Part shown: positions 35,984-45,211 of the stretch, piece after piece
Position numbering within the stretch: the first letter of the stretch is position 1
How the letters are laid out: each line of letters begins with the position of its first letter
Source: a candidate division WOR-3 bacterium
GTDB lineage: Bacteria; Hydrothermota; Hydrothermia; LBFQ01
Length of the DNA stretch: 59,417 bases
Direction: 5' to 3'
NCBI GenBank assembly: GCA_027002825.1
Contig: JALWZG010000053.1
Coordinates: forward strand, 613-60,029
Translations under genes and position numbers: made by a program
The notes under the pieces: model-generated
Told to the model about the DNA's origin: nothing
Databases searched by the model: none
What the model saw: only the letters and a program-made list of their open reading frames with translations

Positions 35984-37159
35984 TTGAACAGAACGCTCTA
36001 CTTCGTCGCCCTCATCAGGTTCATCCTCGCACTCTCCTTTTCCGTGATGTGGCCCTTTATACCTCTTTACCTGTCCGACAGGGGACTTTCCCCTTTTGAG
36101 ATAGGGGTTTTCCTGACGGGGGCCGGACTCATAGGAACAACCGTGAGACCCCTTTCGGGAGCCCTCTCGGATCGCTTCGGCAGGGTGAGGTTGATAAACG
36201 TTTTCATTTTCTTCCGTGCGATCGTCCTGTTGGTGGTCGCCCTTTGCGTCCTTTGGGATGCACCCCTTTGGGTCTTTTTCCTTCTGCTCCTCATGGTGGT
36301 GTTCGGATTTTCCGCCTTCGTACCCGTGATAGACTCCTATGTGGCGGATATAATGTCGGAGAGGGAGAGGATACTGGGTTTCGGTTGGATGAGGTTGGCC
36401 ATAAACGGTGGGTTTGCCCTTGGATCTTTCCTCGCCTCCTTTGTCCTACCTTACGGATACGCTCCCCTTTTCCTCCTCTCATCTTCCCTGGTATTCATCG
36501 CCGCCTTCCTCTCCCTGAGGTTGGAGGAGGGCGACGGAAAGAGCGGTTCGCCCGTAAAGGGTGCGGGCTTTGAACTGCCCAACGTCGGGTTTATGGCCTT
36601 TGCCCTCATCTCGACGAGCGTCTTCATCCTCTCCTCCCAGCTCATAAACAACTTTGGCATATTCGCCAAGGATTACGTGGGTGTTGAAAAGCATCTCATA
36701 GCTTACCTCTTCACCCTCAACGGCCTCCTCATAGCCCTCCTACAGATCCCCTTCTCCTCACTCCTGAGGAGGGTGGGGTATGTCCCCCCGGTCCTCCTCG
36801 GAGGCTTGGGTTGGTCCATCGCCTTCCTCATAACACTTCAGGCCCACTCCTATCTCCACCTCGTACTGGCCGTCCTCTCCATGACCCTCGCCGAGATCAT
36901 AACCGTACCGGTGGTCATGGCTTCCGCCACCAACAGGGCCCCCTTCGGTAGGATCGGGGCTTACATGGGATTCTGGAGTACGTTTCAGGGACTCGGATAC
37001 ACGTTGGGACCGGCCTGGGGTGGTTTTTGGCTTGACAGGTTGGGTAGGGGTGCGTGGGCGGTCCTGGCCTTTCAATCCCTTTTGACGGGTGTCCTCCTCG
37101 CCCTCTTACGGGAAAAACCCGTTAGGGAAACCCCGAAAGGCACACCCGTAGAATCCTAA
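35984..37159 (+). CDS. MFS transporter
   Basis: About 12 TM segments and the loop motif GALSDRFGRVRL. Confidence 0.8.
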   Translation: MNRTLYFVALIRFILALSFSVMWPFIPLYLSDRGLSPFEIGVFLTGAGLIGTTVRPLSGALSDRFGRVRLINVFIFFRAIVLLVVALCVLWDAPLWVFFLLLLMVVFGFSAFVPVIDSYVADIMSERERILGFGWMRLAINGGFALGSFLASFVLPYGYAPLFLLSSSLVFIAAFLSLRLEEGDGKSGSPVKGAGFELPNVGFMAFALISTSVFILSSQLINNFGIFAKDYVGVEKHLIAYLFTLNGLLIALLQIPFSSLLRRVGYVPPVLLGGLGWSIAFLITLQAHSYLHLVLAVLSMTLAEIITVPVVMASATNRAPFGRIGAYMGFWSTFQGLGYTLGPAWGGFWLDRLGRGAWAVLAFQSLLTGVLLALLREKPVRETPKGTPVES

Positions 37160-37162
37160 CCC

Positions 37163-38338
37163 ATGGAGAAGGGTAAAAAGGTCATCCTGTCCGGCATGAG
37201 ACCCACAGGGCGTATGCACATAGGACATCTCGCGGGCGTCCTCACCAACTGGGTGAAGCTCCAGGACGAGTACGAGTGCTACTACGAGATAGCCGACTGG
37301 CACGCCCTGACGGACAACCCCGCGAAGGCGAGGGAGGTGAATACCAACGTCTTGGGCATGGTCAGGGACTGGTTGGCCGTGGGGATAGATCCCGAAAAGG
37401 CTACGGTTTTCCGCCAGTCCTACGTACCGGAACACGCGGAGCTGCACCTGGCCTTCTCCATGCTCGTCTCCGTGCCGAGGCTCCTGAGAAACCCCACGTT
37501 CAAGGAAAAGCTCTCCGAGATAAGGAAGAGGAAAGGGATGACGAGGATGACCTTAAAGGTGGGCAGGCTCCAGGTGGAGGAGGAGCTGGAGCAAGCCCTG
37601 AGGTTTCTCCGGGAGGAGGAGGTTGTGAAGGCAGAGAGGATGCTCCACAGCCTTATAAACAGGGCGAAGGAGGAGGTGATGGAAAGGTTGGCCGAAGATG
37701 CGTCCGTAGAAGGCTCCGCAATACCTCCCGAGATCTCCTATGGCCTTTTCGGATATCCCGTCCTTCAGGCGGCGGACATACTCCTCTACAAGGGGGAGAT
37801 CGTACCCATAGGCGAGGATCAGCTCCCCCACCTTGAGCTCACGAGGGAGATAGCGAGGGATTTCAACAGGATATACGCACCCGTATTTCCGATCCCCGAA
37901 CCACTCTTAACCGAGACCCCGAAGATCCTGGGGACGGACGGGAGGAAGATGTCCAAATCCTACAACAACGCCATATTCCTGAGCGACCCTCCCCACGTGG
38001 TGGAGGAGAAGATCAAAAAGAGCGTTACGGATCCCATGAAGGTGCGCCGTAACGATCCGGGAAGGCCGGAGATCTGCCCCATATTCCACATGCACGCCTT
38101 TTTCAACGGCGACGAGGCGGAGGGTATAGAGAGGGAGTGTAGGGCGGGAAAACTGGGTTGCGTGGCGTGTAAAGGTCGCCTGGTGGAGGTTGTAACGGAA
38201 AAGCTGGCCCCAATAAGGGAGAGAGCTGAGGGTTATACGGACGGTGAGGTTTGGGAGATCGTGGAGGAGGGGTCGAAGAGGGCCAAAGAGGTGGCCGAGA
38301 GGACGATGGCGGAGGTGAAGGAGGCCGTATTCGGTTGA
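37163..38338 (+). CDS. trpS: tryptophan--tRNA ligase (with internal insertion and C-terminal Cys4 motif)
   Basis: HIGH-type motif TGRMHIGH, GYPVLQAADILLY, and KMSKS. At 391 aa it is longer than the ~330 aa typical of this enzyme. Confidence 0.9.
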   Translation: MEKGKKVILSGMRPTGRMHIGHLAGVLTNWVKLQDEYECYYEIADWHALTDNPAKAREVNTNVLGMVRDWLAVGIDPEKATVFRQSYVPEHAELHLAFSMLVSVPRLLRNPTFKEKLSEIRKRKGMTRMTLKVGRLQVEEELEQALRFLREEEVVKAERMLHSLINRAKEEVMERLAEDASVEGSAIPPEISYGLFGYPVLQAADILLYKGEIVPIGEDQLPHLELTREIARDFNRIYAPVFPIPEPLLTETPKILGTDGRKMSKSYNNAIFLSDPPHVVEEKIKKSVTDPMKVRRNDPGRPEICPIFHMHAFFNGDEAEGIERECRAGKLGCVACKGRLVEVVTEKLAPIRERAEGYTDGEVWEIVEEGSKRAKEVAERTMAEVKEAVFG

Positions 38339-39228
38339 TGGAGGTATCCGTCGTCATACCCACCCTGAACGCGGGGGAGCGCCTACGGAGGCTCCTACTC
38401 TCCCTGAGGGAACAGACGATCCCGTTGGAGATAATCGTCGTAGACTCCTCATCGGAGGATGAGACACCGGAGATCGCCAGGAGGTACGCCCACAAGTTCA
38501 TGACCGTAAGGCGTGAGGATTTCAACCACGGTTTGACCCGAAATCTCGCCTTGAGTAGGGCGGAGGGTGAAGTGGTGGTGTTCATGTCCCAAGACGCCTT
38601 GCCCGAAAGGGAGGACACCATAGAAACCCTTATCCGTCCTCTGGAAAGGGGAGAGGTGGTCCTCTCCTACGCACGCCACATACCGCCTCCGGGAACTAGA
38701 CCCCCGGAGGTCTTCTTTAGGCTCTTCAGCTACCCACCCCGCAGTGAGATCAGACACGCCGGTATGCTGAGGGAACACGGCTTAAGGGTTTTCTCAAACT
38801 CAAACGTGTGCGCCGCATACCTGAAGGAAAAGCTCCTTGAAATAGGCGGATTTCCAAGGGTAATACTCTCCGAGGATCTCTACGCGGCCGCGAGGCTCGT
38901 TCTGGCGGGGTACAGGATAATGTACAACGCCGAAGCGAGGGTGTACCACGCCCACCACCTGACCCTGAAGGGGATGTTTCAGAGATACTTCTCAATAGGG
39001 GTTTTCTACGCCGAGAACAGGTGGATAAAGGAGTACGGGGGCAGGGGGGACACCCTCAGGTTCTTCCTTCAGGAAATGCTGTTCCTGGCCGAAGATGAGG
39101 CCTTTTGGATACCGTACGCGGTTGCCGAAAACATGGCCAGGTTGGCCGGTCTGCTCCTCGGAATGAACTACAGGATATTTCCCAAAAGTTTACTACCCGC
39201 CCTGAGCGGGTACAGGCACTACTTCTGA
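38338..39228 (+). CDS. family-2 glycosyltransferase
   Basis: MEVSVVIPTLNAGERL and IIVVDSSSEDETP. The ATG overlaps the trpS TGA (TGATG); the ORF-track start at 38251 lies inside trpS. Confidence 0.8.
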   Translation: MEVSVVIPTLNAGERLRRLLLSLREQTIPLEIIVVDSSSEDETPEIARRYAHKFMTVRREDFNHGLTRNLALSRAEGEVVVFMSQDALPEREDTIETLIRPLERGEVVLSYARHIPPPGTRPPEVFFRLFSYPPRSEIRHAGMLREHGLRVFSNSNVCAAYLKEKLLEIGGFPRVILSEDLYAAARLVLAGYRIMYNAEARVYHAHHLTLKGMFQRYFSIGVFYAENRWIKEYGGRGDTLRFFLQEMLFLAEDEAFWIPYAVAENMARLAGLLLGMNYRIFPKSLLPALSGYRHYF

Positions 39229-39756
39229 TCACCTACCGTATATCAGAACACCGAGGTGGCCGGTTATGAGGTTCTCCTTCAGCCAATCCCTTACGCCGAG
39301 GACATCGTATCTCACCTGTGATAGGAGGGAGAGCTCAGGGGTTATGGCCCATTCGAACCCCAAACCCACCATTACATCGGGCCTCAGCTTCTGGAAATCA
39401 AACCCGCCTTCCGCCACACCCGGCAATCCGAATATACCGAGACCGAAGGAGAAATAGGTGAACGTCCCGTTGGTGTTGACGAACTCCTTACGACCGAACA
39501 GGGGTATCCTCGTTGAGAAATCAAAGGAGAACCCAACACCGCTGTCGGGTGAGTACACGCCGTGGGCGGTGACCAGAAAGGCGAGAGGCTCGTACCAGTT
39601 CCCTATGGCCACCATGCCCCCTCCCCCTCCACCGAAGCTCCCAATCCTCTTACCGTAATAACCGCTTCCGAAAACCCCATAGGCGTTTTTCACCGTCTCC
39701 CCGTGTTCTGGGGGATGCACCTCGTTGTTCACCTGGGCGACCAACAGGAAAACCAT
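39229..39756 (-). CDS. hypothetical Gly-rich beta-barrel-like protein (possible small OMP)
   Basis: Alternating beta pattern GLGFEWAITPELSLLSQVRYDVL. The signal peptide is weak. Confidence 0.4.
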   Translation of the reverse strand: MVFLLVAQVNNEVHPPEHGETVKNAYGVFGSGYYGKRIGSFGGGGGGMVAIGNWYEPLAFLVTAHGVYSPDSGVGFSFDFSTRIPLFGRKEFVNTNGTFTYFSFGLGIFGLPGVAEGGFDFQKLRPDVMVGLGFEWAITPELSLLSQVRYDVLGVRDWLKENLITGHLGVLIYGR

Positions 39757-39804
39757 CTCTCTATTCTAACGCAGAAAGGGGGGTGGAAATCCCCCCCCAA
39801 GATA

Positions 39805-40434
39805 TCACCCGATGGCCTCTTTGAAGCGCCTTTCCACCTCCTCCCAGTTTACGACGTTCCACCACGCCTTGACGTAGTCCCCGCGACGGTTCTGGTACCT
39901 GAGGTAATAGGCGTGCTCCCACACGTCAAGGCCAAGGATGGGCGTCCCCGTGAAACCGGATATGTCCTCCGGCATGATGGGGTTGTCCTGGTTGGCCGTG
40001 GAGCCGATGAGGAGCTTCCTGTCCTTCACGACGAGCCACGCCCATCCGGAGCCGAACCTGCCGAGGGCGGCCTTGCTGAACTCCTCCTTGAAGGCCTCAA
40101 AGCTGCCGAAGGTCTCCTCCAGGGCCTTGAGCAGGTCCCCGGTGGGTTTTCCACCTCCGTTGGGGGACATGACCGTCCAGAAGAGGGAGTGGTTGAAATG
40201 ACCACCGCCGTTGTTGCGCACGGCCGTGCGTATGTCCTCGGGCACCTCGTGCAGCCTGCTCAACAGCTCCTCAAGGCCCCAGTCCTGAAGCTCGGGATGC
40301 TTTTCAAGGGCGGCGTTGAGCTTTTTCACGTAGCCACCGTGGTGCTTGTTGTGGTGTATCCACATGGTGGCCACGTCTATGTAAGGCTCAAGCGCATCAT
40401 AGCCGTAAGGAAGCTCGGGTAGTTTAAACGCCAT
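39805..40434 (-). CDS. sod: Fe/Mn superoxide dismutase
   Basis: Motifs [22 protein letters not shown] and DVWEHAYYL. Confidence 0.95.
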   Translation of the reverse strand: MAFKLPELPYGYDALEPYIDVATMWIHHNKHHGGYVKKLNAALEKHPELQDWGLEELLSRLHEVPEDIRTAVRNNGGGHFNHSLFWTVMSPNGGGKPTGDLLKALEETFGSFEAFKEEFSKAALGRFGSGWAWLVVKDRKLLIGSTANQDNPIMPEDISGFTGTPILGLDVWEHAYYLRYQNRRGDYVKAWWNVVNWEEVERRFKEAIG

Positions 40435-40437
40435 ACT

Positions 40438-40447
40438 TCACCTCCTT
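40438..40447 (-). promoter_or_regulatory. canonical Shine-Dalgarno AAGGAGGTGA for sod
   Basis: The reverse complement of tcacctcctt lies 3 nt from the ATG (GGAGG core 6 nt away). A TATAAT box (reverse complement of 40472-40477) lies upstream. This is one of very few genes here with a leader and an SD. Confidence 0.7.
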
Positions 40448-40501
40448 TTTATCCTGACCTTTTAAGTAAGGATTATAGGGTTGAAACGCCCACCGGGTGA
40501 A

Positions 40502-40531
40502 TTGACGGGACCGGCCCTTCACCCTTAGAAT
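40502..40531 (+). promoter_or_regulatory. thiC promoter: TTGACG, 18-nt spacer, TAGAAT; start codon 9 nt after the -10 box
   Basis: Direct read: TTGACG at 40502-40507, TAGAAT at 40526-40531, ATG at 40541. Confidence 0.6.
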
Positions 40532-40540
40532 TGACAAGCC

Positions 40541-41881
40541 ATGACACAGCTTGAGGCCGCAAGGCAGGGGAAAATAACTCCAGAAATGGAGAAGGTTGCC
40601 AGGGACGAGGGCCTCCATCCGGAGGTCATCAGAGAGGGTGTGGCCGAGGGAACCATCGTCATCCCCGCCAACAGGGTGCATCTGTCCCGCAACCTCAAGA
40701 AGGTCGTCGGCATAGGGAAGGGCCTGCGCACGAAGGTGAACGCCAACCTCGGTACGTCCTACGACTACGTGAACGTGGCCGAGGAGGTGGAGAAGCTCAA
40801 GGTGGCCGTTGAGGCCGGGGCCGACACCGTGATGGACCTGTCAACCGGAGGGGATCTCCGGGCCATACGCCAGACCCTCATGGCCGTCGCCGAGGTACCC
40901 TTGGGGAGCGTACCCGTCTACGAGGCCGAGTTTGACGCCGCCCGGAAGAAGGGGTCCGTCTTCCACCTTGAGCCGGACGACTTCCTTGAGGCCATAGAGA
41001 AGCACGCCCAGGACGGCGTAGACTTCATGACCATCCACGCCGGCATCACCCTTGAGGGGCTGCGGTTCATGAAGGAGCAGGGCCGCACCACGTGGGTGGT
41101 CTCCAGAGGGGGAGGCCTCCTCGCCGCCTGGATGATGTACCACAACCGGGAGAACCCCCTGTACGAGCGCTTTGACGACATCCTTGACATAATGAGGACC
41201 TACGACGTCACCGTCAGCCTCGGCGACTCCCTCCGTCCCGGAAGCATAGCCGACAGTTTTGACAGGCCGCAGATACACGAGCTTCTGGTCTTGGGTGAGT
41301 TGGTGGATAGGGCCCGCAAGGCCGGGGTGCAGGTGATGGTTGAGGGGCCGGGCCACGTCCCCCTGAACGAGATAGAGGCCCAGGTGATAGCCGAGAAGAA
41401 GATATGCAAGGGGGCGCCCTTCTACGTCCTCGGACCCCTCCCGACGGACGTCGGAGCCGGATGGGACCACATAACCGGGGCCATAGGTGGAGCCTTGGCC
41501 GCCGCCGCCGGCGTGGACTTCCTCTGCTACGTCACTCCGGCCGAACACCTCGGCCTACCCACGCCCGAACACGTCCGCGCCGGGGTCATAGCCTTCCGCA
41601 TAGCCGCCCATATTGGAGACATAGTCAAGGGGGTGAAGGGGGCCTACGAGTGGGACCTCGCCATGTCCCGCGCCCGCTACGCCCTTGATTGGGAGGCCCA
41701 GCTCAGGTTGGCCCTTGACCCCGTAAAGGCGAGGGAGATATTTGAACAGAGGGCGTCCAAGACGGAGGCCTGCTCCATGTGCGGACCCTTCTGCCCGATG
41801 AACTTGGTCGAGAAGTTCCTGCAGGACGCCAGAAGGGCGAGGGAGGAGGTGAGGCAGGTTTTACAGGAGATCGCAACCTGA
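40541..41881 (+). CDS. thiC: phosphomethylpyrimidine synthase
   Basis: Motifs [28 protein letters not shown] and C-terminal [10 protein letters not shown]. Confidence 0.95.
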   Translation: MTQLEAARQGKITPEMEKVARDEGLHPEVIREGVAEGTIVIPANRVHLSRNLKKVVGIGKGLRTKVNANLGTSYDYVNVAEEVEKLKVAVEAGADTVMDLSTGGDLRAIRQTLMAVAEVPLGSVPVYEAEFDAARKKGSVFHLEPDDFLEAIEKHAQDGVDFMTIHAGITLEGLRFMKEQGRTTWVVSRGGGLLAAWMMYHNRENPLYERFDDILDIMRTYDVTVSLGDSLRPGSIADSFDRPQIHELLVLGELVDRARKAGVQVMVEGPGHVPLNEIEAQVIAEKKICKGAPFYVLGPLPTDVGAGWDHITGAIGGALAAAAGVDFLCYVTPAEHLGLPTPEHVRAGVIAFRIAAHIGDIVKGVKGAYEWDLAMSRARYALDWEAQLRLALDPVKAREIFEQRASKTEACSMCGPFCPMNLVEKFLQDARRAREEVRQVLQEIAT

Positions 41882-41922
41882 GGGTGGTTGAACACCCCGC
41901 GACGTCCTTAAAATAGACGGGT

Positions 41923-42300
41923 ATGCTTTTCCTTTTGGCGCTTTCCGTTTCGGACGCGTGGGCGAGGCCGGGGATGGAGGGGGGCAATTCGGCGGTCTAC
42001 TTCAGGATCAGGAACGGGGGTGATAGGGAGGATACCCTTTACGCCGCCGAGAGCGATGTGGCGGAGAAGGTGGAGATCCACGAGACCTACAAGACCGAGA
42101 AGGGGTTGATGGGCATGAGACATGTGCCTTTCGTCGTCATCCCCGCAGGTGGAGAGATCCTCTTCAAACCCGGTGGTTATCACGTAATGCTCATAAACCT
42201 AAAGAGACCCCTGAAGGAGGGGGACAGGATAACCCTCGTGCTGAGGTTTAAGGTGGCGGGGGAGGTGGTGTTGAAGGACGTGGAGGTGAAAGTGGAGTAA
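41923..42300 (+). CDS. periplasmic copper chaperone PCu(A)C (DUF461)
   Basis: Signal peptide, plus HET...MGMRHV...PGGYHVMLINLKRPLKEGD. Confidence 0.7.
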   Translation: MLFLLALSVSDAWARPGMEGGNSAVYFRIRNGGDREDTLYAAESDVAEKVEIHETYKTEKGLMGMRHVPFVVIPAGGEILFKPGGYHVMLINLKRPLKEGDRITLVLRFKVAGEVVLKDVEVKVE

Positions 42301-44067
42301 ATGGAAAGGTTTCTGGAGGAGGTTCTCAACCTCGTCGCGGGCTACTGCACGACCGCCATAGGGGAGAGGACGGTTCTCTCCCTCCGGCCCGATCACAGGA
42401 GGGCGAAGGTTGATTTCGGTGATATAGCCGCGGCCCTCTCCGAGTGGAGAAGGGGTATGTCCCTTTCCCTGCCGATGTTCCCCAACATGGAGGACGTCTT
42501 CTCCTACCTTGAGAGGTACGGCACGCTCAACGGGGAAAAGGTGTACACCGTTGCCCTTTTCGTTGAGAAGGTCCTGTCCGCACGTGAGAGGATACACTCC
42601 AACCGCCTGGCCCGCCATCTGAACGTCCCCAACCACCTGATAAGGCTATCACGTGAGATAAAGGCCAACCTGACCCCTTCGGGTAAGGTCAGGATGGACA
42701 AGCACTCCACCCTCTCCGAGCTCGTGAGGAGGAGAAACCAACTGAGGGAGAGGCTCCTCGCCCTGTACTCGGAGGTCATCAAGAAGCACGCCGAAAAACT
42801 CCGCGAAAGGCAGCCGGTTATAAAGGGTGGAAGGCTCTCCCTGGCCGTCATATCCAACTTCAAGATTGACGGAATAGTTCACGGATACTCCGCCACGACG
42901 GAAACCGTCTTCGTAGAGCCTTACGAGGTCGCCCCCCTTCAGAACGATCTGGTCAGGGTTGAGGAGCAGATAAAGGAGTACGAGGAGAGGGTGGTCAAAA
43001 ACCTCTCCCACCGTGTCCTGAGGAACATGGACATCATCAGGAGGCTCTACGAGTCCATCGGGAGGCTTGACAGCGTGTTCGCGAGGGCGAAGTATTCAAT
43101 AGAGTACGGTTGCACCATACCCAAGTTCGGGAAGGCCTTGAGGCTGAAGGGGGCGTTTGAGCCTGTACTCTACAGGTTGAAGGGTGAGAAAACGGTTCCC
43201 ATTGACCTGAACCCACAGAGGTTTGCCCTGCTTATAACCGGACCGAACGCCGGTGGAAAAACCGTTACCCTCAGAACGGTCGCCTTTGCCGTCCTCATGT
43301 CCTCCCTCGGAATACCCGTACCCGCCCAAGAGGTTGAAGTTCCGGAGGGGAGTAGGGTTTTCCCGCTCGGATTTGAGAGTGAAACGGATGTGGAGGAGGG
43401 CCTCTCAGGTTTTACGGGTGAGCTCAAGAGGCTGAAGGTGATCGTGGAATCCGCCAGAGGCGGAGATGTGGTCCTCTTTGACGAGGTCTTCGCATCAACC
43501 GACCCGGATGAGGCCTCTGCTCTGGCGTACAGCACGGCCAAATTCCTGAGCGATAGGGGAATTTACGTCCTGATGAGTACACACTTTTCCACGTTGAAGG
43601 CCCTCGCCCTTGAATCGGATTTTTTTGACGTGGCGACGATGGAGAATTACAGGCTCGTCTTCGGGAGGGTCGGACACAGCGAGGGGCTAAAGGCCGCAAG
43701 GGCGTTCCTCCCACCCGAAATCGTATCCCATGCGCAAGAGGTCCTTAAAAGGATACCCTCCTACATCTCCAGACTCAGACAGGAGTACGAGGAGAAGTTG
43801 AAAAAGTTGGAAAGGGAGAGGGAAGAGGTCAGGAAGACCCTTCACGCCGTCAGGCGGGCCATATCAAGGGGAGGCAACCGGGCGGAGGTGGAGGGGATAT
43901 TTGAGAGGGTTAAGGGGATGGGTGATGGGGAGATCTCACCCGGAAAGGAGTACTTTGTGAAGAGCCTTGGGTTGACGGCAAAAGTGGTGGACGTCAGGGG
44001 GAAAAAGGCCATCGTCAAGGTCAGGAACTTCACGGTTGAGGTGCCACTTGAGGACATAATCCCATAA
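42301..44067 (+). CDS. mutS2: MutS2-family ATPase lacking the C-terminal Smr domain
   Basis: Walker A LITGPNAGGKTV, Walker B VLFDEVFASTDPDEA, a coiled coil, and a KOW-like end KEYFVKSLGLTAKVVDVRGKKAIVKV. The protein stops after 588 aa. Confidence 0.8.
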   Translation: MERFLEEVLNLVAGYCTTAIGERTVLSLRPDHRRAKVDFGDIAAALSEWRRGMSLSLPMFPNMEDVFSYLERYGTLNGEKVYTVALFVEKVLSARERIHSNRLARHLNVPNHLIRLSREIKANLTPSGKVRMDKHSTLSELVRRRNQLRERLLALYSEVIKKHAEKLRERQPVIKGGRLSLAVISNFKIDGIVHGYSATTETVFVEPYEVAPLQNDLVRVEEQIKEYEERVVKNLSHRVLRNMDIIRRLYESIGRLDSVFARAKYSIEYGCTIPKFGKALRLKGAFEPVLYRLKGEKTVPIDLNPQRFALLITGPNAGGKTVTLRTVAFAVLMSSLGIPVPAQEVEVPEGSRVFPLGFESETDVEEGLSGFTGELKRLKVIVESARGGDVVLFDEVFASTDPDEASALAYSTAKFLSDRGIYVLMSTHFSTLKALALESDFFDVATMENYRLVFGRVGHSEGLKAARAFLPPEIVSHAQEVLKRIPSYISRLRQEYEEKLKKLEREREEVRKTLHAVRRAISRGGNRAEVEGIFERVKGMGDGEISPGKEYFVKSLGLTAKVVDVRGKKAIVKVRNFTVEVPLEDIIP

Positions 44068-44090
44068 AAAAGGGGGGCCTTCGGCCCCCC
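44066..44090 (-). terminator. rho-independent terminator for the minus-strand gene (GC hairpin plus T5); shared hairpin for convergent mutS2
   Basis: aaaaa-ggggggcc-ttc-ggcccccc: an 8-bp G/C stem at 44072-44079 and 44083-44090. On the minus strand it is followed by TTTTT. Confidence 0.65.
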
Positions 44091-44112
44091 TCGGAGTCCC
44101 CTCGGACCCCCT

Positions 44113-45141
44113 TTAGAACCTCACGATGCGGTGCACCCTTCCCTTCTCGTCCACGATGAAGTAGACCCCGCGGCGACCTATAGCGGGGACCCTCTTACCG
44201 GAGACGTCGTAAACGGCCGCGGCTTTCCTCAGCTGAGGCTCAGACGTGTACTCCTGGGCGGAAACACCCAGGGTTCTTATGGAGTCAAGCTCCTTCACGA
44301 AAGGCGTGTCCAGCGGAGTCGGATAGGTCACGGGAGTTCCACCGAACTTGTAGAATATGGTGTCTCTGGCGCTGTCAACGGCCATCCTGAGCATGTAAAC
44401 CCCGTCAAAGATCCTGAACTTCCAGAACCTGTGCAACCTGAAGCTGTCAAGGTCCGCACCCGAATAGTTGGGATTCGTCAGTATGACGTTTCCGAAGAAT
44501 TCCAGGCCGACCTCGTAAAGCGTTCCGCTGAGGTTCTGAGGTGAACCGTTTACGATCACGGAGATGTTGGTGTTGCTCTTGGAGAGGAGTGTGGACTGGA
44601 CGTTGTAAATTATCAGGGTATCGGCGGTCGCATCGCCGTCAACGTCCCCGATAGGGGTTTTCTCGTTGAGCCTGAGAACACACGTATCCCATCCCATCCA
44701 CACGTCTCCCACGTTGGCCCCGCTCATCAGCACCCTGTAGGGGTCCATAGTCCAGTCCACGTAGTACGTTCCGTCAAAGTACACGATAACCGTGTCTAAG
44801 GTGTCAGGAGGCGGGGCGAGGGTGGTTTGCGTCTTTTGGAGCGAGACCATTTGCGCGAGTTCCACGTTCATGGATGGGCAGTAGGGGCCTATGGGGCCGT
44901 TGTAGTTTCCGAGCTGGTCCACGGAATCCCTGAAGAAACCCGAGCCGTACCACCCGTCCGATGCCGTGTCCGGTTTTATCTGGTAGTAGTACTTGTTTCC
45001 CATGGCGAAACCGAAGGTGCCGCTGAGGGAAAACGGAGACACGTCGCTCCCGCCGTTTTTGAAGGAGATGGCGGGCTTATCCCTGAATATAACCATACCC
45101 ACCTTAGGTAGGTCAAAAGATACCAACGCCAACCACATCAT
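44113..45141 (-). CDS. secreted protein with C-terminal T9SS/FlgD-Ig-like sorting tail
   Basis: The tail VYDVSGKRVPAIGRRGVYFIVDEKGRVHRIVRF is related to the tails at 25795 and 27073. The start is set at ATG 45141, 9 nt after TATAAT; the ORF track extends to 45186. Confidence 0.6.
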   Translation of the reverse strand: MMWLALVSFDLPKVGMVIFRDKPAISFKNGGSDVSPFSLSGTFGFAMGNKYYYQIKPDTASDGWYGSGFFRDSVDQLGNYNGPIGPYCPSMNVELAQMVSLQKTQTTLAPPPDTLDTVIVYFDGTYYVDWTMDPYRVLMSGANVGDVWMGWDTCVLRLNEKTPIGDVDGDATADTLIIYNVQSTLLSKSNTNISVIVNGSPQNLSGTLYEVGLEFFGNVILTNPNYSGADLDSFRLHRFWKFRIFDGVYMLRMAVDSARDTIFYKFGGTPVTYPTPLDTPFVKELDSIRTLGVSAQEYTSEPQLRKAAAVYDVSGKRVPAIGRRGVYFIVDEKGRVHRIVRF

Positions 45142-45150
45142 GACACCTGT

Positions 45151-45202
45151 ATTATAGGGCTGAAACGCGATTTCGTGTCCGGGCACAGCTCACCCTTAAA
45201 AT
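45151..45202. promoter_or_regulatory. divergent -10 boxes: TATAAT (minus strand, secreted protein) and TAAAAT (plus strand, dnaB)
   Basis: attata at 45151-45156 lies 9 nt from ATG 45141. taaaat at 45197-45202 lies 9 nt from ATG 45212. Confidence 0.55.
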
Positions 45203-45211
45203 CGTTCCCGA

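Noticed and set aside
40435-40540. Expected TPP (THI-box) riboswitch upstream of thiC
   Set aside because: No CUGAGA or ACCUGAUC...GCCAGCG cores occur on either strand. The -10 box ends 9 nt from the ATG, so there is no leader to fold. The gggtgaa...ttcaccc hairpin (40493-40524) overlaps the promoter spacer and does not resemble a THI element.
44108-44120. TTAGAAC near 44113 as another -10 box
   Set aside because: It is the stop-codon region (the reverse complement encodes ...VRF-stop) of the minus-strand gene. No start codon follows at the right distance.
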